From positions 30,194,001-30,258,000 of the forward strand of contig NC_135769.1 in NCBI RefSeq assembly GCF_052425735.1: a stretch of 64,000 nucleotides of DNA, given 5' to 3'. Shown here one piece after another: positions 13,499 through 27,043 of this stretch (within the stretch, counting starts at the first letter, position 1; each line of letters opens with the position of its first letter). The notes beneath the pieces are model-generated. The model was not told the DNA's origin. It searched no databases and was given only the letters and a program-made list of their open reading frames with translations. Both the position numbers and the translations under genes were made by a program. The stretch comes from Oculina patagonica. Its lineage: Eukaryota.

Positions 13499-14661
13499 AC
13501 CAAACACTTATATTTATTTTACTTCTACGAATTGACTGGAAGTAAGATCAAGACAGCATATTCAATTGAAGATTTTTCTTATTTATTCTTTAACCTGTCT
13601 AGCATGAAAAAACACTCAAATGCGTTAATTTAAATTACGAACGAGAAAATTAAATGACCAACTTTATATTAAGCTTGTATAGGTGACGATCAAATAGACC
13701 CGAGTTACGGGAAAAACTTCTTAAAAAGCTACAAATTTTTCGATTTTCGTATTACTAAGAAAATCGAAAAATTGGTGGTTACAGGATAATTTATTAATTT
13801 GCTTTTTGCGTTGCAACTAACAAACCAATGCAGTTTAAAGTTATCGAACATCCTTTAATCCCACAAGAAAATTCACAATATTTGCATACAGTGATCAAAG
13901 TAGCTTACGCCTTCGAGTTAGTCACTGTCTTATAAAGGGGTAATTGGCGACACTTACTGGGAGTTTAGATTATTCCAATGTACATTTAAACGTAGCAATA
14001 GCAATAGTTATTAAATTGGTCATTACAAAAAAATGTATGTAAATTTTAAAACAAATATGTATTAGCAGCGTAGCGTAAACCATGCTCTTGCCATGACGAA
14101 ACGATGGTGGCTACACAATGGCCAGTTCCCTCTATGAGACGCGCCTGAAGCGTCAAATCATGGTAAATGTATTCAGCGAAACATGCACGAGACTTGGCAA
14201 TTTTTAGTACAACTATGATTCCCTGCAGGAATTTTTCATAGAGGGAATTGGCTATTAGCACGATTAAAACAACCTGAAAAGCTTGCGACTAGGTGAAAAC
14301 TTATTTTTCTCGTCAAGGCCCTAATTTTTAAACCCCATATCGTTTCAGGTTTACATCAAGGCTGTGTGGTACATAGAATCCTTTATGAAAAGTATTTTTC
14401 CTAAGTACCCAGGTATGTTTTTATTTTGCAAATACAAACACATTGAAATTTTCTTTCGCATTGCTCTGTTCTTTGTTCCCGAAAGTTCTTCTAGCTTGAT
14501 TGTCCAGCAAATTAATTATTGTCAAATTCTTGATTATGCAATCCGCGATTTGTTGTGCTAAGGCATGACATTGGCTATAGTTTTTTTAGATAGCTTTTGC
14601 TCTGTAAGGTTGTTTTTAGCTATTTATATTATTATGACTTGGTATTCAGGTTCAAGCTGTT

Positions 14662-17350
14662 ATGTCGCTGTACACGGATTCAGAGACAGCCCAGATTGGA
14701 ATAACCACAATGTTGTCCATTATCGTAATCACAAATCTTCTTGGAAACACAGCTGTATGCTTAGTCATTGTATTGAATAAAGATATGAGGTATGTTATCG
14801 GCTTTAAAATGAAACTATGCGGATGTACGTTATTATGCTTTGTCTTTGCTGTAGTATGTTTGTCACGACACTGATTTTCAAAGACTGTATATATTTTGAA
14901 AGCTTATGGAAGTCGTATTAATGAAAAACCAATTTTATGCTGTGGTAGCGATTTTTTCGCAACATAAACGTCTGGGGGGGGGGGGGGGGGGCGGTGCTGA
15001 GCCCCCAAAAAGATTTCGTTTGGGGTCTACAGCCCTCTACCCCTGCCCACCTGTTAAAAAAAGAAAGATATGAGACACTCCGGTCTTGCACAGAAAACTA
15101 GAAGCAAAAAAAAAAAAAAAAAAAAAAAAATCGCGAAGCTTCAAATTAGCTACCCCCCCCCCCCCAAAAAAAAAAAAAGAAACCACCACTACCGCCACCA
15201 CATCATTTGTAATGAACAATTCCTTTGTATAGAGGCAATGGTCCAAATTCGTGTCATTGCCGGTATTTAAACACACAAACAGAATTTTTATTGACAGCTA
15301 CGGGACTCATAATTGCTGCTACCATTACTACCATTTCTAAACGTTGTTTTTTTTTACCCGAGATTTTTACAGCTGTAAATTGTCATGCGCGTTGTCCTTG
15401 TAATCAAACAGGACTCCCATGAACATCCTACTACTAAACTTGGCTGTGGCAGACATGATGGTTGGCTTATTTATCGCACCACGCTTCATTTTCATTCACC
15501 TCTTCAAACATCCCGACGGACTGGCCGGCAAAGTGTTCTGTGAGCTGCTGACTGGTGGTAACTTAGCATGGTATGGGGGAGTTACCTCGGTCTTTACTCT
15601 GGTAGTAATCGCTTTTGAGCGCTACTATGCTGTGATGTACCCGTATGGTAATCGAGGAAAATTGACGTACAACAAATTAAAGGTACAGCGTATGTTAAGC
15701 AGACACGGTGCTTTTATACGAAAACGCGCTATGGCACTTTTGACGCTTTTGGATGCGGCGCTTACTCCAGGGCCAGGTACGCGCTAATACTGGGTGGGGC
15801 AGCAGGTACGCGCTACGATGTGTTGAGAAGTGTGGTGCTTATGTGAGGGTGCCGCTTCAGCGAAGGGGGAGCTTATTCGAGTAAATGCGCTTTATAACTA
15901 TTGAGCGAAACTAGATGTTTTATTTGAACAACGCGAAGGAATGTAACGACGTAAAAAAGAGTTCTACATAAAATACCTCATTTTATTGATACAATAACTA
16001 TGTTTGGTACACGAATAAGGCTTAATTTCAGTAGTAAAGGTCGTCGCTCATCAGGTCTCTCCATCAAATGTCTGAGAAAAAAAAAAAAAACAGGATAACA
16101 ATCACTTTGGGCTGTTGCTCGAGTATCTAGTTTTTTCTAAGCCACATCTGGAGCGGAATCACGCCGAAGTGATATTATCCACAGATTGCATAGTCCTGAA
16201 AACTGAAACTTTTACTCAGTGATCATCACTTTATTTATGATAAATACCACCTAACCATGCTTAAATATTTCGTCAACAGATCATTATTCCTACCTTATGG
16301 ATCTCCGCAGCCATCCTTGTCAGCCCTCTTTTCCTGACGATCTATTTTGACCAAGATGCCGACTTCTGCATCGAACACTGGCCAGAACAGTGGCTTCCCA
16401 AAGCATATAGTACCATCTGCTTCTTTTTTCTTGGTTTTATTCCTGTGACGGTGATGACCTTGTTGTATTCCAGAGTGGTGTATTCACTGTGGTTTAAAAA
16501 AGAAGATCACGATTTGGAAAACACCCGACAGGTATAATAATATGATTCCATCAATATAAACACTAACGTTCCAAGGACGTTTTGAGATGATATGCTTAAA
16601 TTATAACCCATTTGCCATGTACGTTTTATAGAATCGGACTTTATTTTGAAATTGTGCTTATAAAGATTATGATATAACATCTTTGGTGAACTACCCATCC
16701 ACACTGAAAAAAAAAAAACAACAACAACAACAGACTTTGGGTAAAATATTGTGCGTCACACTTCTGAACGAAAACAGTCATAGTCACCTTAAGTATGTTA
16801 ACAAATACAGTCTGATTACACTGAGAGACAAGGACAAAGTCTTGCAGTAATAAATCACCCATAAGTTGCAATTCAACCTAATATATATGATTAATATATA
16901 ATTTAATTGACCAAAAACGTATCTTTTTACCGTTTTTTTCGTCAGGGTGTGATGAAAGTGAGGAAACGTGTCACCAAGATGGTTCTTGCTGTGAGTGTGA
17001 TTTATGGATTGTGTTGGATGCCAAACCAATTCATCTACGTGTTTAACTATTTCCTTCCTTCACAGAACTACGGAGATGTCATCTATATAGTTTCTATTGT
17101 CCTTGTTTCGTGTAATTCCACTGTGAATCCTTTTATTTATGTCTTTGTGAATCAGAATTTTCGACGTAAGGTTAGGAGCTTGATATGCTGTGGAATGCCT
17201 TGCAGTAGCAGGGTTGAGGTCTCCACTGACTCTAATAATAATACGAATGATCACACCAACACCAGTACTCAGCCAACCCGGGAAGGGGTAAATTGTCAGG
17301 GAGAGCCTAACCAGCAAGCAAACCCCTTGGGTCTGATTTCCGTGGCATAA
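14662..17350 (+). CDS. Class A GPCR paralog 2, 4 exons, ~351 aa (closest to paralog 1)
   Basis: Exons 14662-14789, 15412-15682, 16280-16531, 16946-17350; GT-AG; in frame (1056 nt); GN, NLAVAD, ERY, CWMP, NPFIY motifs. Confidence 0.93.
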
Positions 17351-17370
17351 GTGTTCAGCGGTCGTTGTGA

Positions 17371-20300
17371 CAGGGCCGTAACTAGTAAAAAGCAAGGCGA
17401 GGCACCTGCCTCGTCTTGATTTTAACCCAAAATTAAAAACAAAATATGTTTGGTTGGGAAAATAATCCCCAGTTGAACAGATTGATTCTTTTAAAGAAAT
17501 ACCTTATGAAAAATGTTTAAGAAAGAGTTTCAGAGTTAGTCAGGTGCCCAGGAGTCCAAAATGTGACACCCACGGGCATTTTTGTCTGATTTTTGGCAAC
17601 ATTGCTATTTTTACTAAATCGAGTACGCTGATTTCGAAAATCAATGTTGCCAAGCTTAATTCTTGCGTTAAGATGATGTTTTGATGCATTTAATTATGAC
17701 GTCATGGTCCAAATAAGGAATTTTCTTTCCTTTAGCTATTTTAAGCATAATACATCCAGAAATTCATTTAAAGCATTGTTAGTGTGCTGTAAAAATGATT
17801 TCAAGAGTTTTCTGAGAGTTTTTACGTTTCTGTGAAAATCAAGCCCTTCAGTGACAATTGACCACGCCCTCTTAAACAAACATCACCATATCGCGGGAAC
17901 CTTATCACGAGTGTAGTTTTGTTATTTTGTCAAAGAACAAATGCGATATTTGTATTAACAAATCGCTATAGTTGCAATAAGAAAGAAAAATATGGTCGTC
18001 GTGCCACGCTGAAGCTAAGAGCTAGCGAGCATCAAGAATGACGCCATTACAATTTTCGTATATCGAGTTTCCCTTGTTTCAGCATTTCGTTTAAGTTTTG
18101 TGGTAAACTAAATGAAAATAACATCATAGCTAATGTCGTAATATATCATCGTTGTTTTAGTTAGAGATAAAACTTTATTGATTGTCTTGTATATTGCTGA
18201 ATCTAACTTATTTCACAATGCACTTTGTCTGTTATAGGCTCATGATAAAGACTTTGGTTGAACGCATGTAAAATTAACGAATTTAAAATGATCATAGCAT
18301 TGCTCTCAGGTTTAAATCTGTCTATAATATTTTTAATCAATATCGGTAAATATTTTTAATATATCTTCTGAACTTTTTTAAAAACACTGAACTAATATTG
18401 CTTTTTAAACAAGTTTCTTTAAAGCGCTTTAGCGCAGTTTGATATAGCAATTAGCGTCGGTCTTGGTGCATCCACACAGCCCAGTGCACATGGCATGCGT
18501 TTATCTAAATTCATAGCGAAGAGGCACATATATAGCCAGTGGTCAGATCGGATTTCATACATTCAACAAATAAACGTTTTCTGCGGAGGTAGTGGTGTCA
18601 GCTTTGAGGACATCTTCGCCGACCGAGAAGAGAAAAACAAATTTTTCTGTGATAACTCTCCACAGATGAAAGAGGTGCTGTTACAGCCGGTGATGGTGTG
18701 AGATGGTAACAATGAACTTGACGAGTTATTAGGAAGATTTGCTGAGACATCCTCTAAAGTTATTTACGTTAGATTCTCTGAAGTTCCTGCCCATATCCAC
18801 ACTGTTGACGAGAGCTTAGCGCGATCGATGTGCCAGGAGAAGTAACAGCAAGTCTGTGCCTCGAGTGGAAACTATAATGTTGTCGACTTGCCCGCTATGA
18901 CTGACTGCATAACGAACAAACTTCTTATCGGCTTCCTCTTGGTTGGATCTCAAAAAGGCTACATCTAGGACAGAATCTGAGCAGAATCCACTTCGTATGA
19001 AAAACCACCAGATATACTACGATTGCAGAGTCAGTGCCTGCGAGATAAGTTCATCTGAGAGAATCCGTGCAAAGTCCGCTTTGTTGTCTCCTAGTGCCAA
19101 AAATGCTCGCCACTTCATCGTCTGCAACTGAACCTCTCTTACGTACTTCAATGACTCTGCTCACAGGCCGCGCCGTGTTCTCGGAGCGTCGACTTCTTGT
19201 CGTTGCTTTTATGGAGTGCCTCCCATCGAGTAACACATCAATCCTCTGGTATCCAGAACCTTTCCGTAAAACAGTGTTTACGTAACATTTCGCAAACCCA
19301 CCGAAAGCATTTGCATTTTTTGGTTTGCCAATAGCTGCCACCATAATTAGTATGCTGCCACCAGGGCGAAGCCATCGAAGAACAAACTGACTCTAGGCAC
19401 TTGACCTTTTCTTCTGAGAACGTCTTCTAAAATTGACTTGTTTCACACTTGTGGGGTTCATTTCTGCGAGAAACAGTGGCACCGGCATTATACCTCAGAT
19501 GCTACAATATGGCTTGCATGTTTATATCGCGCTTGCCTTCATACACCGTGACTAGACAACATAGGATACTCTGGTTTCCATGCAAATTTAAAGTCTTTCT
19601 CTTTTTGCGGCTAGTTGCAGCACTTTTAACTTCATAAAGGCTGGCAAATAGAGGTGGATTATTCTTGCGAACAGGGTCACGAAAGTTTGTCTTCCATCCC
19701 TTCTTCCCGTTCCCGTTCTTCCTCTCTGTGTGAAGATAGTAGCCTCCATTCCACGAATCGTTCAAGCTGAGTCTGTCCAATCGAAACATCTTGTTTATTT
19801 CTAGAGTCACGAGATCTTTCTTGACAATTTTTTGCAATGTCTCATTTGTCCGTGACAAGAACAACCCGGATTTTGTTGTGTGGAATGTACAGAATTCTCA
19901 GCTTCATTATCTTGCTTCTGTCTCTCCTTGCCACTCTCTTTGTGGATAAAAGCATTCGTTATGGTGTATTTTAAACATCGCTGATGTTTGTGGAGCAATT
20001 CAATTACTACTTTTTATTAATACAAGAATCACATTCATTTTTAAACAAAATGTTAACACTATACCCGTGATAAAGTGATTTTTTATGAGAGGGCGTGGTC
20101 AATTCCCACAAGACGGCTTGATATTCATAGAAACGGTATAACAACAATCAGAAAATTCTTAAAATCATTTTACAGTATACTAATAATGTTTTGAACGAAC
20201 TTCTGGATGAATTATGCTTAAAATAGCTAAAGGAAAGAAAATTCCTTATTTGGACCATGACGTCATAATTAAATGCATCAAAACATCATCTTAACGCAAG

Positions 20301-20520
20301 AATTAAGCTTGGCAACATTGATTTTCGAAATCAGCGTACTCGATTTAGTAAAAATGGCTATGTTGCCAAAAATCAGACAAAAATGCCCGTGGGTGTCACA
20401 TTTTGGACTCCTGGGCACCTGACTAAGTTTCTAGTTTTTCAAACTTTCTGAAGGTCATGACCCCAGAACCTCCTAGCAAAATCTTGCCTCGTCTATGCCA
20501 ACGGTCTAGGTACGACCCTG
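17371..20520. mobile_element. hAT5-like MITE (5-bp TSD) interrupted by an Academ insertion
   Basis: TIRs cagggccgtaactag / ctaggtacgaccctg; tgtga duplicated at 17366-17370 and 20521-20525. Confidence 0.7.
17537..20425 (-). mobile_element. Internally deleted, decayed AcademX DNA transposon (XPG-like nuclease and Cys-rich remnants)
   Basis: TAG...CTA termini; 3-bp TSD agt (17534-17536, 20426-20428); ~215-bp near-perfect TIRs with a diverged extension to ~420 bp; minus-strand remnants RIDVLLD..SIKATTRSRR, NQEEADK, TDLLLLLL, HTITGCNSTS, CTGLCGC. Confidence 0.8.
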
Positions 20521-20837
20521 TGTGATTTGTATCTACGGCAACTAGTATCAACAATTGCCATGCAATAGCGTAATTAGTTGTTTTAAGTTTACGAACGCTC
20601 TCGTGGAATCAGTTGTAAAACCAGTAAACAGTGTAAACTGACAAAACGTATTACACTGTTCGTAAATGAACTATTTATTATTCTTTATTCAACGTCAATT
20701 AAGTATCGCGTTTCTTGGAAGTGAAAGCAAAGAGTTGAAGGCCATTCAAATCTCACATGTATGATTGGATTGGATTCAAATCTTAAATCTATAGTGAAAC
20801 GAGCTCCAAAAGGATTTGGTGTAAGAATAAGTCATAA

Positions 20838-20952
20838 GCACTCGCTCCGGTATCGCCGAGGTCACGGGTTCGGATCCCGTTGAAGCCAGTTTCTTTCTTT
20901 GCAATTTCTTTTATTTAATTGCAATTCACTGCGAGGATCATTTATTCACTTT
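20838..20952 (+). mobile_element. tRNA-derived SINE fragment
   Basis: B-box-like gggttcggatccc preceded by ccggtatcgccgaggtcac; no complete cloverleaf. Confidence 0.55.
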
Positions 20953-21842
20953 AAAATATAAAGTGTATATATTATAAGTGTTATTCTTAAGTATCTCAAT
21001 GTAAAGGAATTCCTTGCTCAAAAGGTTTGTTTAGATTTTCAAGAGGTGTACGGATGTGCATGGAATCAACTACTTATCTTTTCACTAAACAGATAGGAAA
21101 TGAAGTACAAAAATAAAATACAAAGTAACAACATTATATAATAAGATAACATAATAACAAAATAATCAAGCAAATCAACTACGGTACATATAAAAAATTC
21201 TTAAACATAGTTATTTTATACTAATTATAAGAACCAAACAGAAATCTCTTAGGAAATGCTCAGGGCAGATTTCTCATTAACTATCTTAACTTGAAACTAA
21301 TCTAATCTCTTCTTGGGTTTTAGTACAAGAAAAGTATTGTATTTTTGTCCTATAAATTGTCATTTATATATAGTATAAATATTTATCCAAGTGCAGTGAG
21401 ACTTCCATATAACAAAGTGTCAACAGGGACTGGAGGAAGTGGGGCGGGGGTGGTTATACAGGGCTCTGTTTTCGTGTAATGAACTGTTATAAACGTTGGC
21501 CGGACTAAAGAATACCTTTCTTTGCACCGGAAAATTCATTACAAAGAATTTTTAATATATTGGTAGTCCATTAGATATATACCTAAATGTCCTTTTTGTG
21601 AATCGAATAAGCCCAATACATGGCGACCATTATAGCTCCCTAACAATGAAATGTGTCGCCTTTGGAAAACTAAGTTCGTTTCTTGTGCAAAATAGTTTCC
21701 AGTTGTACATGCCTGGGAAATTAAAACAATTTTTCCATAAAAACACTTTATAAAAATAGTAGTATATGGAAATTATCATTTTTAGAAATGTAATAACCGA
21801 GCTTGCGAATTTGCTTGTTTATTACAGCGATAGCTCAGGATC

Positions 21843-21973
21843 ATGTCACTACATAAAGACGTCACACACATCACTTCAATCGCCTTTGTTGCGTAAACTC
21901 TTCCGTCAATCCTTTCATTAATGTTTTTGTGAACCAGAAGTTTCGACGAAAGATGAAGGGTTTGTTATGCTGT
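21843..21973 (+). pseudogene. Collapsed GPCR remnant: start of exon 1 fused to the TM7/helix 8 part of exon 4
   Basis: An acceptor-like ttacag precedes ATG TCA CTA CAT AAA GAC (MSLHKD, compare MSLYKD/MSLYTD), followed directly by VTHITSIAFVA*, a frameshift, and SSVNPFINVFVNQKFRRKMKGLLCC (paralog 1: VTYITSIVLVTCNSTVNPFVYVFVNQKFRRKMKSLICC). Confidence 0.8.
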
Positions 21974-23732
21974 GTAAGATCTTATAGAAATTGTAAAGAA
22001 CGGTCAAGAGTTTGAGACGCTTTGCAATGTGGGGAAATACATTCCTCTTCTGTTCAAAACTTACTCGCCAATCTCAGAGTTCTTTCTTGAACTAGAGTCA
22101 TGTCGGCCACTTTTCTGCTGTTACTTAATATTCATTTGAATGCAGAGAAGTTCTTTAAATGAGCGCCAAAATTCTGATAATCTGGAAAGAATCAAATATA
22201 CGTAGTTTCGACAAGAAAATGCAATTCACTTTTGGGTAGCCATTTAATGTTAACTTGCCAGATTAACTGACAGAACAAGACCAATTGTGAATAATTTTCT
22301 GTGATCTACAATTTTGTGAACGAAGCGCGCTTCACAAAATCGATGAATTTTACCCTAATGAAACAAGAATTAACGTAGCACCTAATAATTTCTAATACGC
22401 GTTTATTACAGGGTAATAAACAGTAGGAAAAAAATTAAACGTGTTAATTAAGATGTTTTGCGTTAATTTTAAAATACATGTTAAAATACCACCGATCGAT
22501 TCTTGATTATAAAAAAGGCCATGCAGCTGATTTGCTGTGTAAGGTACCTCAAGTCTCACAGCTTGTTAGCAGGTAAAACGTGTTAACAAGACAGCAAAGC
22601 TAATGGTAACAAAGGCAGTCCTTACTATAAAGGCCTACCCAACATTTCATTTTATTTGCAAAACGTATTTACTTGTTAACAGAGAAAAGAGTAGCGAAAA
22701 TTATGTTCTACTTGTGTTTATCAAGTAGATTAGAAAGTAAATTAATTTAAAGAAATTATAATATATGCAAACGCCAAATGTTAATCAAAATACTGAAAAA
22801 AAAATAACAGTCAATATCCAATTGCAGCAAGTCTTGTCAACATTGAGAGTAGGTAAGTTGTATTTTTAGCTAACGAAACGCAAATATAACATTACAGGGG
22901 ACCAAAGCGTACCTTAAAAATGCGTTTGTATGGATTTTAAATTGAGCGTATTATGAGAGTTTGTATGGATTTGAAGATGAATTGAAAATATCTCTTTTTT
23001 TTTCCCTTTAAAAACTACAATAAAGCTTGAAACCTTACCTGATGTCCTTAACTGGTCTTTCTCGTGCTTCGGAAAGCCATACGCACGATTTTCGTTTCAA
23101 CGTCGGGTCTGTCACACCTTTAAAGAGAGACAAGGTTGGAAAGCAAATTTTGAAAGTTTTCCGCACTTCGAAAAGCTCGCTGAACGAATCTAAACCAGAC
23201 ATACCTCGATCTGTTGCTTTACAGAAGCAATAAATGTCCAATCTTTTTATGTGATATAACCGCATGCAAGTTGAAGTTTGGAGCCAAGGAATTCATTCGA
23301 ATTCACAACTCCGGCCACGGCCAACCCATTTTAAAATTCATTATACAAACGCTCATAGTACGCTCAATAAAATACATGCAAGCTCTTATAGTACGCTTTG
23401 ATCATCGGTGATAACACTTGATTCAACGTGAATGGTGGATGAAGGTATCCCATAAATAACCCGCTAGCCAATCTTCTGGGCTTAGACTGAAAACCGTCGT
23501 TGCACGCCACTCTCACTCAGGAATGAATCATCGTAGTGGACCTTTCGAAAACAGTCGTTTACTTCGACCGGGTTAAAACGTCACGTCCGTCAGTTCTAAT
23601 TTGTAGATTTCGATCCATTTTGTTTGTTTCTGTTTTTCACTGTTTGTTGGCTGTCGTAATAATTATGATTGACGGCAGCGAAGCGCAATCTTTATTTTGA
23701 ATTTCAGAGTTCGCATATTATGAAACCGCAAT

Positions 23733-26700
23733 TACTCACTCACTCACTGCCCATTGTGCCCACTGGCACGTAGGGCAGCAACAAAGGTCCTCCACTGCTG
23801 TCTGTCTTTGGCCAGCTGTTGGATGGTGTTCCAGCTTTGGTTTAAGCCCCTCAATTCTGTCTCTACTGTACGTCGCCATGTATTCTTGGGCCTGCCACGC
23901 TTGCGCTTTCCTTCAGGTGTCCAGTATAGTGCTGTCTTTGTGATGGATTCGTTTTCCTTTCGGATGACATGGCCAATTCACCTCCAGCGCCGTTGCATAA
24001 TAATAGTACCCATGTCCTCCTGTTTGCACCGCAAAAGTAGATCCTTGTTGGAAATTGTTTGAGGCCAGAAGATGCGAAGTATTTTTCGCAAACTTTTGGT
24101 ATGGAAGGTTGACAGCTTCTCTAGATCACTTTCTAACATTCGCCAACATTCTGACCCATACAAAAGGGTAGACAGGACACAGCTTTGATAGATCTTGAGC
24201 TTGGTATGTGTACTGTACTGTGATGACCGCCACACATTGCTCAGCATCCTGAAGGTGTTTCTGGCTTTGTTCAGCCGGCTCTGGATATCTATGCCTGCAT
24301 CACCATCTTGCCTGACAATGCTGCCCAGATATTTAAACTGCTTGGTCATTGGGAGGTCTTTTCCATTCACCTTGACGGGCTGAGGGTTAGAGTTGTTTAG
24401 GGTCATGACCTCAGTTTTGGTGAGGCTGATGTTCAGTCTCACCTGGTGAACGTATTTGCTTAAAAGGCTGGTCTTCTCTTGCATGTGGCTATGGGTATGA
24501 GAAAGCAGAGCTAAATCATCCGCAAAATCTAGATCCTCTAAGGTGGAGAAGAGGGTCCACCTGATGCCCCTGGGATGGTCTTCCGTAGTACGACGCATTA
24601 CCCAATCGATAACTAAGTTGAATAGCAATGCAGACATCACGCAACCCTGTCTTACGCCTGTCTTCACCTCAAAACTGATATCACTGTTCTCTACGCTACA
24701 AGGTGAAGGCTGCATAGAAGCTCTGGATAAGTTGCACAATCTTCTGGGGAACACCATAGGCTCGAAGTATGCGCCACAAGCTGTCTCTGTGTATACTGTC
24801 GAAAGCCTTTTGAAAATCTACAACGTTTATGTACAGCTGCCTCTGCCACTCGGTGCACTGCTCGATGATGTTGCGTAGTGTGAATAGTTGGTCTGTACAA
24901 CCCCTACCCCTGCGGAATCCAGCCTGTTCTTGCCTGAGCTGCTGGACTACTGCACTCGAGATTCGTTGGATGACAATCTTTGCCAGGATTTTACTTGGAG
25001 TGGACAGGAGGGTGACGCCACGCCAGTTATTGCAGTCACTAAGTGGACCTTTCTTGTGGATCTTTATGATTGTACCTTTGGTCCAGTCATCTGGCACCTT
25101 CTCCTGCTCCCACACTGCAGTAAACAGGGGCTGTAGAATCCTTGCTGAAAGTTCAGGGTCAGCTTTGAAAAGCTCTGCATTCAGTTTGTCTCGGTCAGGA
25201 GCTTTGTTGTTTTTTAAGGTTTTTATGGCTGCAATGATTTCCTGCGTGTTTGGAGGATCTATGTTCACATCCAGGTCGGTCTCAGCCTCTTGAATGTCAG
25301 CTTCAACTGTGGGTGGAGGTCTGTTGAGGACATCCTTAAAGTGCTCTGCCCAACGAACTTCCTGATCTCTTTCGGTGGTAAGCAGCCTACCCTGTACGTC
25401 CTTGACAGGGGCCAGCTTTCTGCCCCCATACTTGCCGCATACCAGTTTTGTGATTTTGTAAACCTTTCCCTGCTGTCCTCTGTTGGCTGCATTTTCTGCC
25501 TGGCTAGCAAGCTCATCAATATATGCGCGTTTATCAGCTCTGGCCATTCTCTTAACACATCAGTCAGCCTCTCTGTACTGGGTCTTTTAGCGCTCTTGCA
25601 ACCTTTCTGATTTGGTGTCAAATAGTTTCTTCTTCAGTTTTCGTCTGTCCTCGATGGCTCTTAAGGTTGCTGGCTTTATCCACTTCTTTTTTCTTTACAG
25701 CCTTCTTAAAACCTAAACATGCATTGCTGCTCTCTGTGAAAGTGAATGACACTTGCTTCCATATATTGTTGACCTCATCAGGTTCAGGTTCAGATTCGGG
25801 CTCATCAGACAGAACCGCCAAGGATTGGAATCGATTTCTAAGCTGAGTGATGAAGGCATTTCTCACTGATTGCTCTTTCAAGTTGTCTATGTTGAAGCGC
25901 TGGTTGCATGGTGGCTTTCGACCAGTGCTTCTTAGTTTCAGCTTAACATACGCCGTGACAAGGTGATGGTCACTGCCAACATCTGCCCCTCTTCTCATCT
26001 TAACATCTAGAAGTGAGCGTCGCCATGTGCCATTAATCATCAAGTGATCAATCTGGTTCCTATCTCTACCGTTAGGAGAGCACCATGTAAGCTTGTGAAT
26101 ATCACGGTGTGGGAAGATTGTTCCTCCAATGACTAGGTTGTATGCTGCACACAGTTCGGCAAGACGTTCTCCATTTTCATTCATAGTACCACAGCCTTCC
26201 TTTCCCATTGCTCTGTCATAGCTCGAATTATCACTTCCCACCTTTGCATTAAGGTCACCCATTATAACCAGCATGTCATTGCGCGGTAGTTTCCCCAGTT
26301 CTGCTTGCAGTTGTGCATAGAAGCTGTCTTTTGTGGTGTCATCGCTGTCATTCGTTGGTGCATAACATTGGACAAGGGACAGGTTAACATGCTTTCCCTT
26401 CATTCTAGCTGTCATAAGTCTGCTGTTGATTGGTTTCCACTCTAATAGGTACTTTTCCATTCCTTTCTTGAGTATGATGGCAACTCCCTCATGGTGTTGG
26501 TTGTCATCTCTGCCAGCATACAGCACAGTTTCTCCTGTTGATGTTTTCACTATTCCAGAACCTGTCCACCTGCTCTCACTAACTCCTAGAATATGTAAGC
26601 AATAGCGCCTCATTTCAGCTGTTACTTGTGCCAGTTTTCCCGTTTGATACAGGGTTCGCACATTCCAAAAAACCTATTCTGGTCTTAGTCTTTGTGCCTA

Positions 26701-27043
26701 GGACTTTCATAATCCTGTCAGCGGCTTCCTTGCGGAGTTCACCACTGCCATTCATCCGTGTCATTCGAGGTGACTCTGAAAGGCCATGGCAATCAGTTGT
26801 GGTTGTATCCTCTGTTGCTGTTTCCGTAACATAATCATTTTCTACAGGACAGGGTTGTTAGCCCTGTGCCGAACCCCCAACCTGGAGGACCAGGGGATCA
26901 CTTTTTGTCAGGCCGCTACCCTTCGACCTGTCCGGCATGGGTGGCCCTACCAGGAGTACAAGACTCCAGCCGGCATAGCTCTCCGGGTTGCTGGGACACG
27001 CAAACCACCCTACCACGATAAGGTAGTGATCCCATAAGGGAGG
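23733..27043 (-). mobile_element. Full-length RTE-clade LINE (AP endonuclease plus reverse transcriptase), disabled
   Basis: 13-bp TSD atgaaaccgcaat at 23720-23732 and 27044-27056; 3' (GTGA)n tail; APE motifs WNVRTL, GVSESRW, YAPT, GDLNA, IDH, SDH; RT motifs DFQKAFDS, GVRQG, FADD, YLGS. The single ORF is broken by frameshifts near 25680 and 24720 and a stop at 23978. Confidence 0.95.

Noticed and set aside
14974-15180. Long G, A and C homopolymer runs and a poly-Lys/Pro ORF
   Set aside because: Simple-sequence decay inside intron 1 of paralog 2; no coding support.
23754-27037. Plus-strand ORFs over the LINE
   Set aside because: Antisense shadows of the RTE ORF.
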